DNA of 41,061 nucleotides from positions 1-41,061 of the forward strand of contig JACQOX010000075.1 in NCBI GenBank assembly GCA_016202335.1, written 5' to 3'. Made by a program: the position numbers and the translations under genes. Shown piece by piece: positions 25,116-34,368 of this stretch. The first letter of the stretch is position 1. Every line of letters begins with the position of its first letter. The notes beneath the pieces were generated by a model. That model did not search any database and was not told where the DNA came from. It saw nothing but the letters and a program-made list of their open reading frames with translations. This DNA comes from Deltaproteobacteria bacterium. Lineage in GTDB: Bacteria; UBA10199; 2-02-FULL-44-16.

Positions 25116-25940
25116 ATGCGCATCGGGACCTATACCCCAAAACCAGGCCGTTCAACGCTGTTTGGCATTCTGAATGTCACCCCGGATTCATTTTTTGACG
25201 GTGGGCAGTTTTTGGATCCGAAGCAGGCCGCTGAACGTGCGCTCGAGCTTCACGAAGAAGGTGCGGATGTCATTGACATCGGTGGTGAGTCGACGCGGCC
25301 GTTTTCCGATGCGATTTCGGTTGAAGAAGAACTTAGGCGCGTCATTCCGGTCATTGAAGCCATTCGCATGCAATCAACGCTTCCCATTTCGATTGACACC
25401 AGGAAGGCTGAAGTTGCCAAGCAGGCGCTTGGTGCTGGAGCCAATATGGTGAACGATGTCAGTGCAGGTCTGAATGATTCCGACATGTTTTCAGTGGTGG
25501 CCAAGGCTCGGGTCCCCATCTGCCTCATGCACATGCGCGGTACTCCACCATCGATGCAGCAGGACACTGTATATAATGATGTCGTCGCCGAAGTTGGTGC
25601 CTTCCTGAAGGATCGAAAAGCCAAAGCGCTTGCCGCAGGCATTGAAAATGCCAATATTCTCATCGATCCCGGAATTGGCTTTGGAAAATCACCTGAGGGA
25701 AATCTCGCACTTCTTCAAAAAATAGAACTTTTTCAGTATATCGAATCTCCAATTCTTGTTGGGACATCGAGAAAGTCATTTATTGGCAAGCTATTAGGAT
25801 ATGAAGTGAAAGATCGTTTGGAACCTGGCTTGGCAACTCTTTCATATGTAAGGCGAAAAGGTGTTGAATATTTTCGTATCCACGACGTGGCGGCCACGCG
25901 TCGCTACCTCAACATGGTTGATCGGTTGGAGGCAGCATGA
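25116..25940 (+). CDS. folP: Dihydropteroate synthase.
   Basis: Matching motifs are ILNVTPDSFFDGG, DIGGESTRP, NDVS and DPGIGFGK. AAGGGGGA lies upstream of ATG 25116. The ORF-track start at 25050 lies inside ftsH. Confidence 0.92.
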   Translation: MRIGTYTPKPGRSTLFGILNVTPDSFFDGGQFLDPKQAAERALELHEEGADVIDIGGESTRPFSDAISVEEELRRVIPVIEAIRMQSTLPISIDTRKAEVAKQALGAGANMVNDVSAGLNDSDMFSVVAKARVPICLMHMRGTPPSMQQDTVYNDVVAEVGAFLKDRKAKALAAGIENANILIDPGIGFGKSPEGNLALLQKIELFQYIESPILVGTSRKSFIGKLLGYEVKDRLEPGLATLSYVRRKGVEYFRIHDVAATRRYLNMVDRLEAA

Positions 25941-26659
25941 CCGCTCGCCTCGGTGTCAATATCGATCACGTGGCCACGATCCGTGAGCTTCGGCATACGG
26001 CTTATCCTGATATTCTGGAAGCAGCGATCGAAGCTAAGCGCGGCGGTGCAGATCAAATCACGATCCATCTCCGCGAAGACCGCCGTCATATTCAGGATGC
26101 CGATCTGGATCGTCTGAAGGCGTGGTCAGGACTGCCGCTAAACCTGGAGATGGCGGCGACAGATGAAATGGTAAGGATTGCAGTTGAAGCTCGACCGGAG
26201 CGATGCACGATTGTCCCAGAAAGGCGTGAAGAGTTGACCACAGAAGGTGGTTTAGACGTCGTTAAACAATATCGTGAGCTGGAACCACTCATCAAAAGGC
26301 TTGGAAGAGCGGGCATCGACGTCAGCCTGTTTATCGATCCCGAAACCTCTCACATTGCAGCAGCCCATGCCCTTGGGATCACCTTTATAGAGCTTCATAC
26401 CGGCCAGTATTCCGATGCACCTTCTCAAGAAATGGCTGCTGAGCTCAATAAATTGCAACAGGCGACAAAGAGGGGATTGCACTTGGGCATGCAGGTGGCT
26501 GCCGGCCATGGGCTTCATTTGGGCAATGTGCCGGAAATAGTCCTCGCAATTCCTGAAATTGTTGAATACAACATTGGACATTCAATTGTGTCACGGGCGG
26601 TCATTGTCGGGCTTCGTGCGGCCGTTGCAGAAGTGAAAGATATTTTGGAGGTGAAATGA
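25937..26659 (+). CDS. pdxJ: Pyridoxine 5'-phosphate synthase.
   Basis: Matching motifs are LGVNIDHVATIRELR, ITIHLREDRRHI and ELHTG. It has an ATGA overlap with folP. Confidence 0.95.
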   Translation: MTARLGVNIDHVATIRELRHTAYPDILEAAIEAKRGGADQITIHLREDRRHIQDADLDRLKAWSGLPLNLEMAATDEMVRIAVEARPERCTIVPERREELTTEGGLDVVKQYRELEPLIKRLGRAGIDVSLFIDPETSHIAAAHALGITFIELHTGQYSDAPSQEMAAELNKLQQATKRGLHLGMQVAAGHGLHLGNVPEIVLAIPEIVEYNIGHSIVSRAVIVGLRAAVAEVKDILEVK

Positions 26660-27030
26660 TCATTGGGATTGGAGTGGATCTTATCGACGTTCGACGTGTT
26701 GAATCGATGATCTTTCGATGGCAGGAGAAGTTTCTGCGCCGCATTTTTACGTCCACGGAAATTCGCTATTGCAACAACAAGAAAAGTCCATCCCAGCGGT
26801 TTGCGACACGACTGGCAGCCAAGCATGCGGTCGTCAAGGCCCTCTTTCCCAAGGGTGCTCGTGGAGTCAATTATCGACACCTGGAAATTGTGCAACGGGA
26901 CAATCGTCCGTTTGTGAATATGATCGGCGAAGCCAAACGGCGGGCCGACGAAATAGGCGTGCGCAATATCCATCTCATGGTTTCGCATGATGGGAATTAT
27001 GCGGTCGCGAACGTGGTTCTCGAAGCATAA
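26656..27030 (+). CDS. acpS: Holo-[acyl-carrier-protein] synthase.
   Basis: The N-terminus is MIIGIGVDLIDVRRVE. The FAAKEA-like motif LAAKHAVVKA is present. The 124-aa length fits, and the pdxJ-acpS adjacency matches E. coli. Confidence 0.92.
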   Translation: MIIGIGVDLIDVRRVESMIFRWQEKFLRRIFTSTEIRYCNNKKSPSQRFATRLAAKHAVVKALFPKGARGVNYRHLEIVQRDNRPFVNMIGEAKRRADEIGVRNIHLMVSHDGNYAVANVVLEA

Positions 27031-27035
27031 GTCGT

Positions 27036-27926
27036 ATGCATCCCAAACAGATCACTCCTCAAGATTTTGCCCCCGTTTTCGCGCTGCGAAAAAAAGAAGC
27101 TCACAAAGGAGATTTTGGGCACGTGCTGGTTATCGCCGGTCATGGAGGTGTCATTGGCGCTGGTTTCCTGTCGAGCATGGGCAGTCTGCGGGTGGGGGCG
27201 GGGATGGCGACGTATGCCTTGCCGCAAAGTGCGTTCGACAAGTTTGATCCGCACTCTCCTGAAGTGATGTGTGTTGGTGTCTCCGATGAAGGGACGGGAG
27301 TTTTTTCTCAAACTTCGCTTGCTGATGTCAGCAAACTTCTGGATCGCAAACAGACGGTGGTCATCGGCCCAGGGCTCGGGACCGAGGCTGCGACCAAGGA
27401 TTTTCTTAAAAGACTTCTCCCGCAGGTGACTATTCCTGTGGTGCTCGATGCCGATGGCCTGAACTGTATCGCTGATGATGTGACGATTTTGTCTCAGATC
27501 AAAGCCCCAACTCTTATCACTCCACATCCTGGGGAAATGGCGCGACTTTGCGGCTGTTCGCGTGATGAAGTGCAGGCACAGCGATCGACGCTCGCTGCTG
27601 CATTTGCAAAAAAATACGGTGTGATCGTTGTCCTCAAAGGGCATGACAGCATTGTGGCCTCGGCTGAAGGGGAGACCTATGTCAATCCCACGGGCAATCC
27701 GGGCATGGCTACGGCAGGCACCGGCGACGTCCTGGCCGGGGTCATTGGGGGGCTGTTGGCCCAAGGCATCGCTCCTTTCACGGCCGCTCTCGGTGGTGTT
27801 TATCTCCACGGCCTGGCCGGGGATCTCGCGGCACAAAAAGGCGAAAGGGGGTTCATCGCTTCAGATCTCTTGGTCAACGTGCCAGCGGCCATGACAAAGG
27901 CTTTCTCCGAGGTTGGTCGTGAATAA
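27036..27926 (+). CDS. nnrD: ADP-dependent NAD(P)H-hydrate dehydratase (YjeF C-terminal domain only).
   Basis: Matching motifs are KGDFGHVLVIAG, LDADGL, TPHPGE and GNPGMATAGTGDVLAG. No N-terminal epimerase domain is present. Confidence 0.85.
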   Translation: MHPKQITPQDFAPVFALRKKEAHKGDFGHVLVIAGHGGVIGAGFLSSMGSLRVGAGMATYALPQSAFDKFDPHSPEVMCVGVSDEGTGVFSQTSLADVSKLLDRKQTVVIGPGLGTEAATKDFLKRLLPQVTIPVVLDADGLNCIADDVTILSQIKAPTLITPHPGEMARLCGCSRDEVQAQRSTLAAAFAKKYGVIVVLKGHDSIVASAEGETYVNPTGNPGMATAGTGDVLAGVIGGLLAQGIAPFTAALGGVYLHGLAGDLAAQKGERGFIASDLLVNVPAAMTKAFSEVGRE

Positions 27927-28365
27927 AAGAGAAATCCCTTCGCTGGAAGAGATGCATGCTCAAGGGACCACGTTTGCTCAAAGTTTGCAGCCTGGGACCG
28001 TTGTTGCACTCGTGGGGCCGCTCGGTGCGGGCAAGACGTCTTTTGTCACGGGCATGGCCAAAGGGTTTGGCATCAACGCTGCGGCTGTCGTTCGTTCGCC
28101 GACGTTTACGCTCATCAATGAATACCACGGCAGATTGCCGCTCTATCATTTCGATTTCTATCGCATCGATCAGGTTGCAGAAATTGAACGCCTCGGTGTC
28201 GTGGAATACTTTGAAGGACAAGGTATTTCGGTGGTGGAATGGGCGGATAAATTCCCTGAAATCATGCCCAAGCAGACGATATGGATTCGATTTGAAATTA
28301 TGAATGCACAAACTCGAGTGATTTACATAACACCCCCTTCTCCCTCTTACCTTAAGAGGGGGTAA
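27913..28365 (+). CDS. tsaE: tRNA threonylcarbamoyladenosine biosynthesis ATPase TsaE.
   Basis: The P-loop is LVGPLGAGKTSFVTGMAKG. Family motifs SPTFTLINEY, HFDFYR and VVEW are present. The start is uncertain: TTG 27913, GTG 27919 or ATG 27952. Confidence 0.85.
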   Translation: MVVNKREIPSLEEMHAQGTTFAQSLQPGTVVALVGPLGAGKTSFVTGMAKGFGINAAAVVRSPTFTLINEYHGRLPLYHFDFYRIDQVAEIERLGVVEYFEGQGISVVEWADKFPEIMPKQTIWIRFEIMNAQTRVIYITPPSPSYLKRG

Positions 28366-28375
28366 AGGATTAAAA

Positions 28376-29620
28376 ATGCAAATTATTGTACAAAAATTCG
28401 GTGGGACATCGGTCGGCAGTATTGAACGCATTCAGGCTGTGGCCAAGCTCATTTCTGAAGAAGCCAGCAAGGGGCATCGCTTGGTCGTGGTGGTTTCAGC
28501 GATGGCGGGTGAGACGGATCGTCTGCTCGGGCTCAGTAAAAAACTTTCGTCGCAGCCCAGTGCTCTTCATCAAGATGTGGTGCTCGCTGCAGGAGAGCAG
28601 GTCGCCATTGGCCTCTTGGGCATTGCACTTCACGAGCTCGGCATTTCGTCCCAATTGTTTTTGGGGCATCAGATTCGCATTCTGACCGATGACATTCACG
28701 GAGCTGCCCGCATTCAACGGATCGAAACGGACCGGCTCATCGCCTGCTTGGATGACGGCAAGATCCCCATTATCGCTGGATTTCAAGGGGTCACCGAAAA
28801 AGGGGATGTGACGACGATTGGTCGCGGCGGTGGGGATACCACGGCCATTGCCGTGGCAGCGGCCTTAAAGGCTGATCGCTGCGATATCTTCACCGATGTT
28901 CCAGGTGTTTCCACGGCTGATCCACGCATGGTGAGCGATGCACGGGTGTTGCGTAAAATATCCTCTGAAGAAATGCTTGAGCTCGCCGATGCCGGTGCCA
29001 AAGTGCTCAGCAGTCGATCGGTCGAAATTGCAGCGCGTTATCAAGTGCCGCTGTGTGTTCGTTCCTCGTTCGAACCATCTGCAGGAACCATGATTGTGCG
29101 TGAAGAAGACAGCATGGAAAACGTCCTGATTTCCGGCATCACGCTGAGTGCCAATGAAGCAAAAGTGGCGATTCGGCGTGTGCCCGATGAAGTCGGCATC
29201 CCTGCACGGATTTTTCAACCGATCGCTGAAGCCAACATCAACGTCGATATGATCCTGCAGAACATTTCCAAAGACGGGCTCACGGATCTCACCTTTACGG
29301 TTCCGAAAGGCGATCTGAAGCGCGCCATGGAGCTCGCTGAGGCAGCGGCCCGCGACGTCAAGGCTGGCAAAGTTGAGGCAGCCGGGGATGTGGCCAAGGT
29401 GTCGGTCGTAGGCATTGGCATGCGCTCTCATGCCGGAGTTGCCCACACCATGTTCGAAGCTCTAGCCAAAGAGGGAATCGGTATTCAGATGATTTCAACT
29501 TCGGAGATCAAGGTCTCTCTCATCATCGACGCCAAATACGGGGAGCGGGCGGTACGCGCTCTGCACCAGGCATTTGATCTTCATAAGCCGCACACCGATT
29601 TGGTTGGGAATGAACGTTAA
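28376..29620 (+). CDS. lysC: Aspartate kinase (monofunctional, with two C-terminal ACT domains).
   Basis: Matching motifs are IVQKFGGTSVGS, VVVSAMAGETD, GRGGGDTTA and FTDVPGVSTADPR. The tail is ACT-like. Confidence 0.93.
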   Translation: MQIIVQKFGGTSVGSIERIQAVAKLISEEASKGHRLVVVVSAMAGETDRLLGLSKKLSSQPSALHQDVVLAAGEQVAIGLLGIALHELGISSQLFLGHQIRILTDDIHGAARIQRIETDRLIACLDDGKIPIIAGFQGVTEKGDVTTIGRGGGDTTAIAVAAALKADRCDIFTDVPGVSTADPRMVSDARVLRKISSEEMLELADAGAKVLSSRSVEIAARYQVPLCVRSSFEPSAGTMIVREEDSMENVLISGITLSANEAKVAIRRVPDEVGIPARIFQPIAEANINVDMILQNISKDGLTDLTFTVPKGDLKRAMELAEAAARDVKAGKVEAAGDVAKVSVVGIGMRSHAGVAHTMFEALAKEGIGIQMISTSEIKVSLIIDAKYGERAVRALHQAFDLHKPHTDLVGNER

Positions 29621-29644
29621 AATTCTTTCAAACACAAAATTCGT

Positions 29645-29674
29645 TTGAGTTTAAGCCTTCCCATCCTTTATAAT
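29645..29674 (+). promoter_or_regulatory. Sigma70-like promoter TTGAGT-N18-TATAAT upstream of the giant secreted-protein gene.
   Basis: TTGAGT is at 29645-29650 and a consensus TATAAT at 29669-29674. AAGGGGGA lies about 12 nt before ATG 29710. Confidence 0.4.
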
Positions 29675-29709
29675 AAGATTACAAAATTTAAGGGGGACAG
29701 AGCGTACCT

Positions 29710-32700
29710 ATGCACACACCTTTCACGGCAGGCCTCCTGTCCACGTTTTTGCTGTTGACGTCGTCGCTTTACGCCCAGAATTTTTCCCTTCCTATTCCGA
29801 TAGGCTCACAGCAAAGCTCCAAAAGCGGGTTTCCCGCCACTCACGTCGATGCGACGCATCTCAAATTTTTCAAGCACCCAGAGGCTCCTCGCGGCAGCGA
29901 GAATTTTGTTTCGGAAGATGTGACGATTGATGGACGTCGTTTCTTGGTCGACGATGTCGTCGCGACGCCTGGTATTTTTGAAGGCATGACGCAGGTCAAT
30001 GCCGGAAACGCGATGCTGGATGGTTTGGGCAATCGCCTCGGTCTGCCCTTAAATCCCCTCCATGGATTCTGTCCGGAAAGATTGGTGATTCAAGGGGCCA
30101 CCAGTAATCGATTGGAACTCACTCTGGATTGCCAGATTGCAGATGGGAGCACGAGTCGGGAGTTGCAGGTCGCTGATGTTCGCATGTTCAATGCTTTGGC
30201 GTCGCCATCGGAATTTGAGCGCCTCTTTGGAACAACCGAGCCTCTGGTTGCCGCGGTGATGGGCAGTGCCGAGCAGACGCTGACCCCTTACGGCACAGAT
30301 CTTTATCCGGCGACTATTCAGTCCGCAATTTTTTCTTGGCCATTCTTGGGGCCGACTCAAGCCTATCAAGATGTCGTGGCTTATGACCTTGCCGATGTCG
30401 GGCAGGGGATCATCACTGCGGCCTATGACCCAGTAAAGCTGCTCATGAATATGCAGGCTGAGCTGTCGGTGCGAACGGCGACGCAAAATCTTCAAGTGCG
30501 CGGCCAGCTCCCACAGCAAGAACTTCCTTTTCTTTCCCCGCTCGCTTTTTTTCGCAAGGATGACTATCCGTCGCGTGGCCGCATGCGGCTCGCCGGATAT
30601 TCGAGCCTTCAATTCCCATCGGTTTTGAATCGTGAAAATGCAGCGACCTTGCTGGCGCAGAATTTTAATCCCATTGCCGTGCAGCCGATGAAATTTACCA
30701 AATCAGCGACTGGCACAGGAGCGCCTCAACCCGATGAGGGATTCGCTGTGGTCAACCAGGCGACGCTTCTCAATTTGGATGATATTTTGATGTACGATGG
30801 TCTGCCGTATGTCGATCCCACGGATCATCGCGCCCATTCATGGGCTGAATATCTGGGCACGCGCGATGCCTCTGGACAGTTCCAACCTCTCGATGCGACA
30901 ACCATGCCTCACCGAACTTTGGCCTATACCATCTTCTGGCGACGCCATGCCGAATGGGCCAGCCGACCGACGGTTGAATCCTATAACCCCAATGCTGTTT
31001 TCGGCCCGTTTGTATTTGCCTTGGTCGGACCTGGAGTTTTTGACGCTGACGTCATTGTCGATCAACCGATCACTACTTCTGGGGCAACGACGTCTTCTCC
31101 TTCCGTTGAATCATTGATCGTTCCTTCGGGTGAAGTGGCTGCCGACGGGAAAACGTATGTGTATAAGATTGAACCGATCAATGCCGATCGGCTGTGGTGG
31201 CGGTTTAATCCCAAAACGCCCGTGGCGGCCGGATTACCGGGTGTGCAGACGCCATTTGTGTTGCCGACGGCTTATGCCATCGAGTCTCCCGCTGGGTTTG
31301 TTCCCTATCACGTCAAAAGTTTTGATGTTGACCGGGACGGTTGTGGAGATATCGCGCTCACCTTTAGGGGGAGCGAAACAACTCCATTGCGGACGTCACG
31401 CGCATTTCAAAATAACGTCGGTGATCACGTCGTCTTTCAGGTGAGTTCATCGGATCCTCGGATGTTTGCCTCTGTCGTTCAGATTCATCGCGGGAAATTC
31501 CGTAACGGCCGTTGTGAGATCGAAGCCACAGCAGCGGAGCGTTTTATTCCTCACCCCGGAGCGCAGATTGCTGCGATTGCGATCGAGGACATTGATGGCA
31601 ATGGGACAAAGGACCTCCTTGTCGGGGATCTGATGCCGAGAAAAATCCCTGAGGGTGAACGCGGTGCGGGGGAATACACCGGTTATGCATATTTGTATGC
31701 TGATGCCTCGCCACTCTCTGTTCCCAAATGGATTCGGGTTGGATTCAAGACTTCAAATCATGAAATCACCGATCTGCGCGCTGTCCTCGATGGCAGCGAT
31801 GCGGACGGCGTTCTTGGAGTTGCAAGCCTGGACGTCACATTTGAGGCAGGACAGGGGGCGAACATCGCCAGCATCAATGGTGCTCCCTTGGCGCTCCCAG
31901 CTATGGGCTGTCCATCTTCACAAAATGCTGAGGTGGCGAGTTTCCCTGAAATTGCCTGGAGTGTCATGCAGGGGGTTCAATCGGCGCAAAAAGGCCTGAC
32001 GCCTTTCTTCCCTGGAGCGACAGGCTTTATACCTCAGCGCTGCGCTCACCTGAATGCTTGCGCCATCAATAATGCATCCCTAGCGGTGAATGGCTGGAAC
32101 CTTCCTTTTTGGGAGAATGAGCCGTGTTGCAATCCCTGTGGTGGGACATCGCCTTTGGCCACGTGGCAGCATAATCAATGTCGCGACATTCTCTGCGGAA
32201 ACTGGTCAATCTTGAACCCCACGGCCACTCTGGCGCCTTATCCGGAACTCTGCGAAGCGATGGACATCTCATGCCGAGGGCTTACTGGTGTGTGGCCGGT
32301 GGTTACCGGAACCACCATGTGCCAGCTTTCCGGGGCGTCATTCTTGCCGGCGAATCACGCGTGTTGCAATGCGGATCCTTGCAATCAAGCCTGTCAACAA
32401 TATCTGGATGAAGAAAATCGCTGCCTTGCCGGAAGTTCGCAACACGATCAACATCAGGGGATTTGCAGCTCCAGTATCCGGCGTGGATGTCGTGTTTCTT
32501 CCCGAGATGAAATCAAGGAAGAGACGTGGGCTTATCAACCTGATCGGATCGTAGATCCACGCGAACGGGGGCATGCCATTACCTCGATGTCTGAGCTCAA
32601 ACCGGCTGCAACGGGGTACGTCAATCAGAATTCCTTGAAGCCACCACTTGGCTCTTCATTCATTCTTGGGACGCAAAATGAAGATATTGCGGTGATCGCC

Positions 32701-34368
32701 CAGAATGTTGAAACCGAAATCGGCCGGGTCTTAAACCTTAAAGAGCCTCAAACATTTGAAGAGTTTGTTCTTTCGCAGATGAGAGGTTTTTATTCCGTTC
32801 TCTTTGGCGGAAGTTTGGCTTCGGGCGGGACACCACTCCAATTGCAATCTGGCAAGACAGGTTCTCCCATCACTTCCGGGACGTTTCCGCCGACGCATTC
32901 GCTGGCAGCTGCGGCCACCCCTCCAACTTCCCCGGGACTTGCCCCCATTCGATTGGCTCGCGGGACGGTCATGCCTGGACCGCGCGAGATGACGGTGATG
33001 ATCAATACGACGCGTCCGGACGATTGGGCCTGCAGTCCCACCGGACCGGTGGCGGCGGGATTTGAATGCAATGCGGATTACGATAACTGTGGCCCAAGAG
33101 GGGGAGTGTGTGGCATCGATTGCCGCTGTCATCGCGATTGCGGCAATGGTCCGCTCGAGACGGGGGAACAGTGTAATCGCGATAATCCGTGTGAGGCAGG
33201 CCAGATCTGCACCATCGGGTGTCAATGCGTTGGAGGAATTGAACCTCCGAAGCCGCAACCAGCGATTGCCGAAAACATCACCTGTCGCGTGAATGGTTTT
33301 TCGAGTGAGAAGGCCAAAAAACGCTTTGAGGCCCTCAATCAAGAGTTTCGAACCGTATCAGGGCTGGCAGGGGACATCATCGGCGAGCCTGAATTCAGCA
33401 TCATTGAATGCGTTACCTGTGTTCCAGATGCCTCGGCACCGGAAATACCATCCACAGACATCGGCCTCTCGCTGTCGGGGACACCACTGCCATCTGTTGG
33501 CGGTAATATCCGACCCTGGGCCGTTGTTCAAACGCATGGCGCAATGCTCACTGATTTTACGAAATCGATCTACCAACCACAGTCGCTTTCGCTCGTCCAT
33601 GAACCAATGCGCATCCTTCCGCTTGAAAATCGAACGGCTGGGCGACCGTCGATTGTGCTCCCTTCGCTTTCGAACAGCAGTCGCATTCGCCTCAATGTGC
33701 CGCTCTCAGCTTCAACCGAAGTTTCGATGGTCGAGGATGAGCGCGTCGTTCGACTTAACAACGTCTTCCAACATTCCATGCAGGCCATGCGTCCAGGAAC
33801 CATTTTTAGCATTGGGACTTTGAGCCTTGCTCTGCCTTCCAAGGCGATGGCAACGACGGGGACAACCACGCTCCGTGCCGCGGAGCCTGAAAAAACGGCC
33901 TACGCCTGCCATGCGATCAGCATGCGTTTGCAGCCGGATATTGCTTCTTGGACAGGTGTCGAAAGCGGCCCTATTTCACCCAAAAATATTGAAGAACGGG
34001 AATTCGATTGGGAAAAGCTGAAAGCTGCCATCGCAGCTCGGCGTGCCGCCAAGGAACTCGTCGGTCAAAAACTGACATCTGCCGATTTAGTTGACTTGCC
34101 GTGGGAAGAGAACATGCGCAACGAATTCATGTTGGTCCAAGATCGCTATGGAAAGGCGTCTGAACCCGTACCCCCTTCGAGTGAACGCGTCATGGTGGTG
34201 CTCGCCGGCTATCCCCAGTTTACGGGGCAGGGAGCAGGATGTAGCTGTCGCCTGACGGAGGAAACACCACGGCCGCAATTGCTGGAGCTTCTCATGATAT
34301 TAGGAATGACACCGATCACCGTGCTGTGGAGATTTCGACAGAAGAAAACTATTTCGTCTTCTCTTTAA
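29710..34368 (+). CDS. Giant secreted/surface protein (1552 aa) with signal peptide, FG-GAP-like Ca-binding loops, Cys-rich modules and a C-terminal sorting-signal-like tail.
   Basis: The signal peptide is MHTPFTAGLLSTFLLLTSSLYA|QN. FG-GAP-like DxDxDG loops are DVDRDGCGDIAL (~31324) and DIDGNGTKDLLVGD (~31588). A Cys-rich region spans ~31900-32500. CGNGPLETGEQCNRDNPCEAGQICTIGCQC (~33140-33230) resembles the Myxococcus Cys-rich repeat. The tail is GCSC, then a TM segment, then RFRQKK. Confidence 0.85.
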   Translation: MHTPFTAGLLSTFLLLTSSLYAQNFSLPIPIGSQQSSKSGFPATHVDATHLKFFKHPEAPRGSENFVSEDVTIDGRRFLVDDVVATPGIFEGMTQVNAGNAMLDGLGNRLGLPLNPLHGFCPERLVIQGATSNRLELTLDCQIADGSTSRELQVADVRMFNALASPSEFERLFGTTEPLVAAVMGSAEQTLTPYGTDLYPATIQSAIFSWPFLGPTQAYQDVVAYDLADVGQGIITAAYDPVKLLMNMQAELSVRTATQNLQVRGQLPQQELPFLSPLAFFRKDDYPSRGRMRLAGYSSLQFPSVLNRENAATLLAQNFNPIAVQPMKFTKSATGTGAPQPDEGFAVVNQATLLNLDDILMYDGLPYVDPTDHRAHSWAEYLGTRDASGQFQPLDATTMPHRTLAYTIFWRRHAEWASRPTVESYNPNAVFGPFVFALVGPGVFDADVIVDQPITTSGATTSSPSVESLIVPSGEVAADGKTYVYKIEPINADRLWWRFNPKTPVAAGLPGVQTPFVLPTAYAIESPAGFVPYHVKSFDVDRDGCGDIALTFRGSETTPLRTSRAFQNNVGDHVVFQVSSSDPRMFASVVQIHRGKFRNGRCEIEATAAERFIPHPGAQIAAIAIEDIDGNGTKDLLVGDLMPRKIPEGERGAGEYTGYAYLYADASPLSVPKWIRVGFKTSNHEITDLRAVLDGSDADGVLGVASLDVTFEAGQGANIASINGAPLALPAMGCPSSQNAEVASFPEIAWSVMQGVQSAQKGLTPFFPGATGFIPQRCAHLNACAINNASLAVNGWNLPFWENEPCCNPCGGTSPLATWQHNQCRDILCGNWSILNPTATLAPYPELCEAMDISCRGLTGVWPVVTGTTMCQLSGASFLPANHACCNADPCNQACQQYLDEENRCLAGSSQHDQHQGICSSSIRRGCRVSSRDEIKEETWAYQPDRIVDPRERGHAITSMSELKPAATGYVNQNSLKPPLGSSFILGTQNEDIAVIAQNVETEIGRVLNLKEPQTFEEFVLSQMRGFYSVLFGGSLASGGTPLQLQSGKTGSPITSGTFPPTHSLAAAATPPTSPGLAPIRLARGTVMPGPREMTVMINTTRPDDWACSPTGPVAAGFECNADYDNCGPRGGVCGIDCRCHRDCGNGPLETGEQCNRDNPCEAGQICTIGCQCVGGIEPPKPQPAIAENITCRVNGFSSEKAKKRFEALNQEFRTVSGLAGDIIGEPEFSIIECVTCVPDASAPEIPSTDIGLSLSGTPLPSVGGNIRPWAVVQTHGAMLTDFTKSIYQPQSLSLVHEPMRILPLENRTAGRPSIVLPSLSNSSRIRLNVPLSASTEVSMVEDERVVRLNNVFQHSMQAMRPGTIFSIGTLSLALPSKAMATTGTTTLRAAEPEKTAYACHAISMRLQPDIASWTGVESGPISPKNIEEREFDWEKLKAAIAARRAAKELVGQKLTSADLVDLPWEENMRNEFMLVQDRYGKASEPVPPSSERVMVVLAGYPQFTGQGAGCSCRLTEETPRPQLLELLMILGMTPITVLWRFRQKKTISSSL

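Noticed and set aside
28342-28360. A hairpin (CCCTCTTA-cct-TAAGAGGG) considered as a terminator or attenuator between tsaE and lysC.
   Set aside because: It lies inside the last codons of tsaE, has a 3-nt loop and has no U-tract. lysC starts 16 nt later with its own AAGGA ribosome-binding site. At most it modulates coupling, so it is not called as a terminator.
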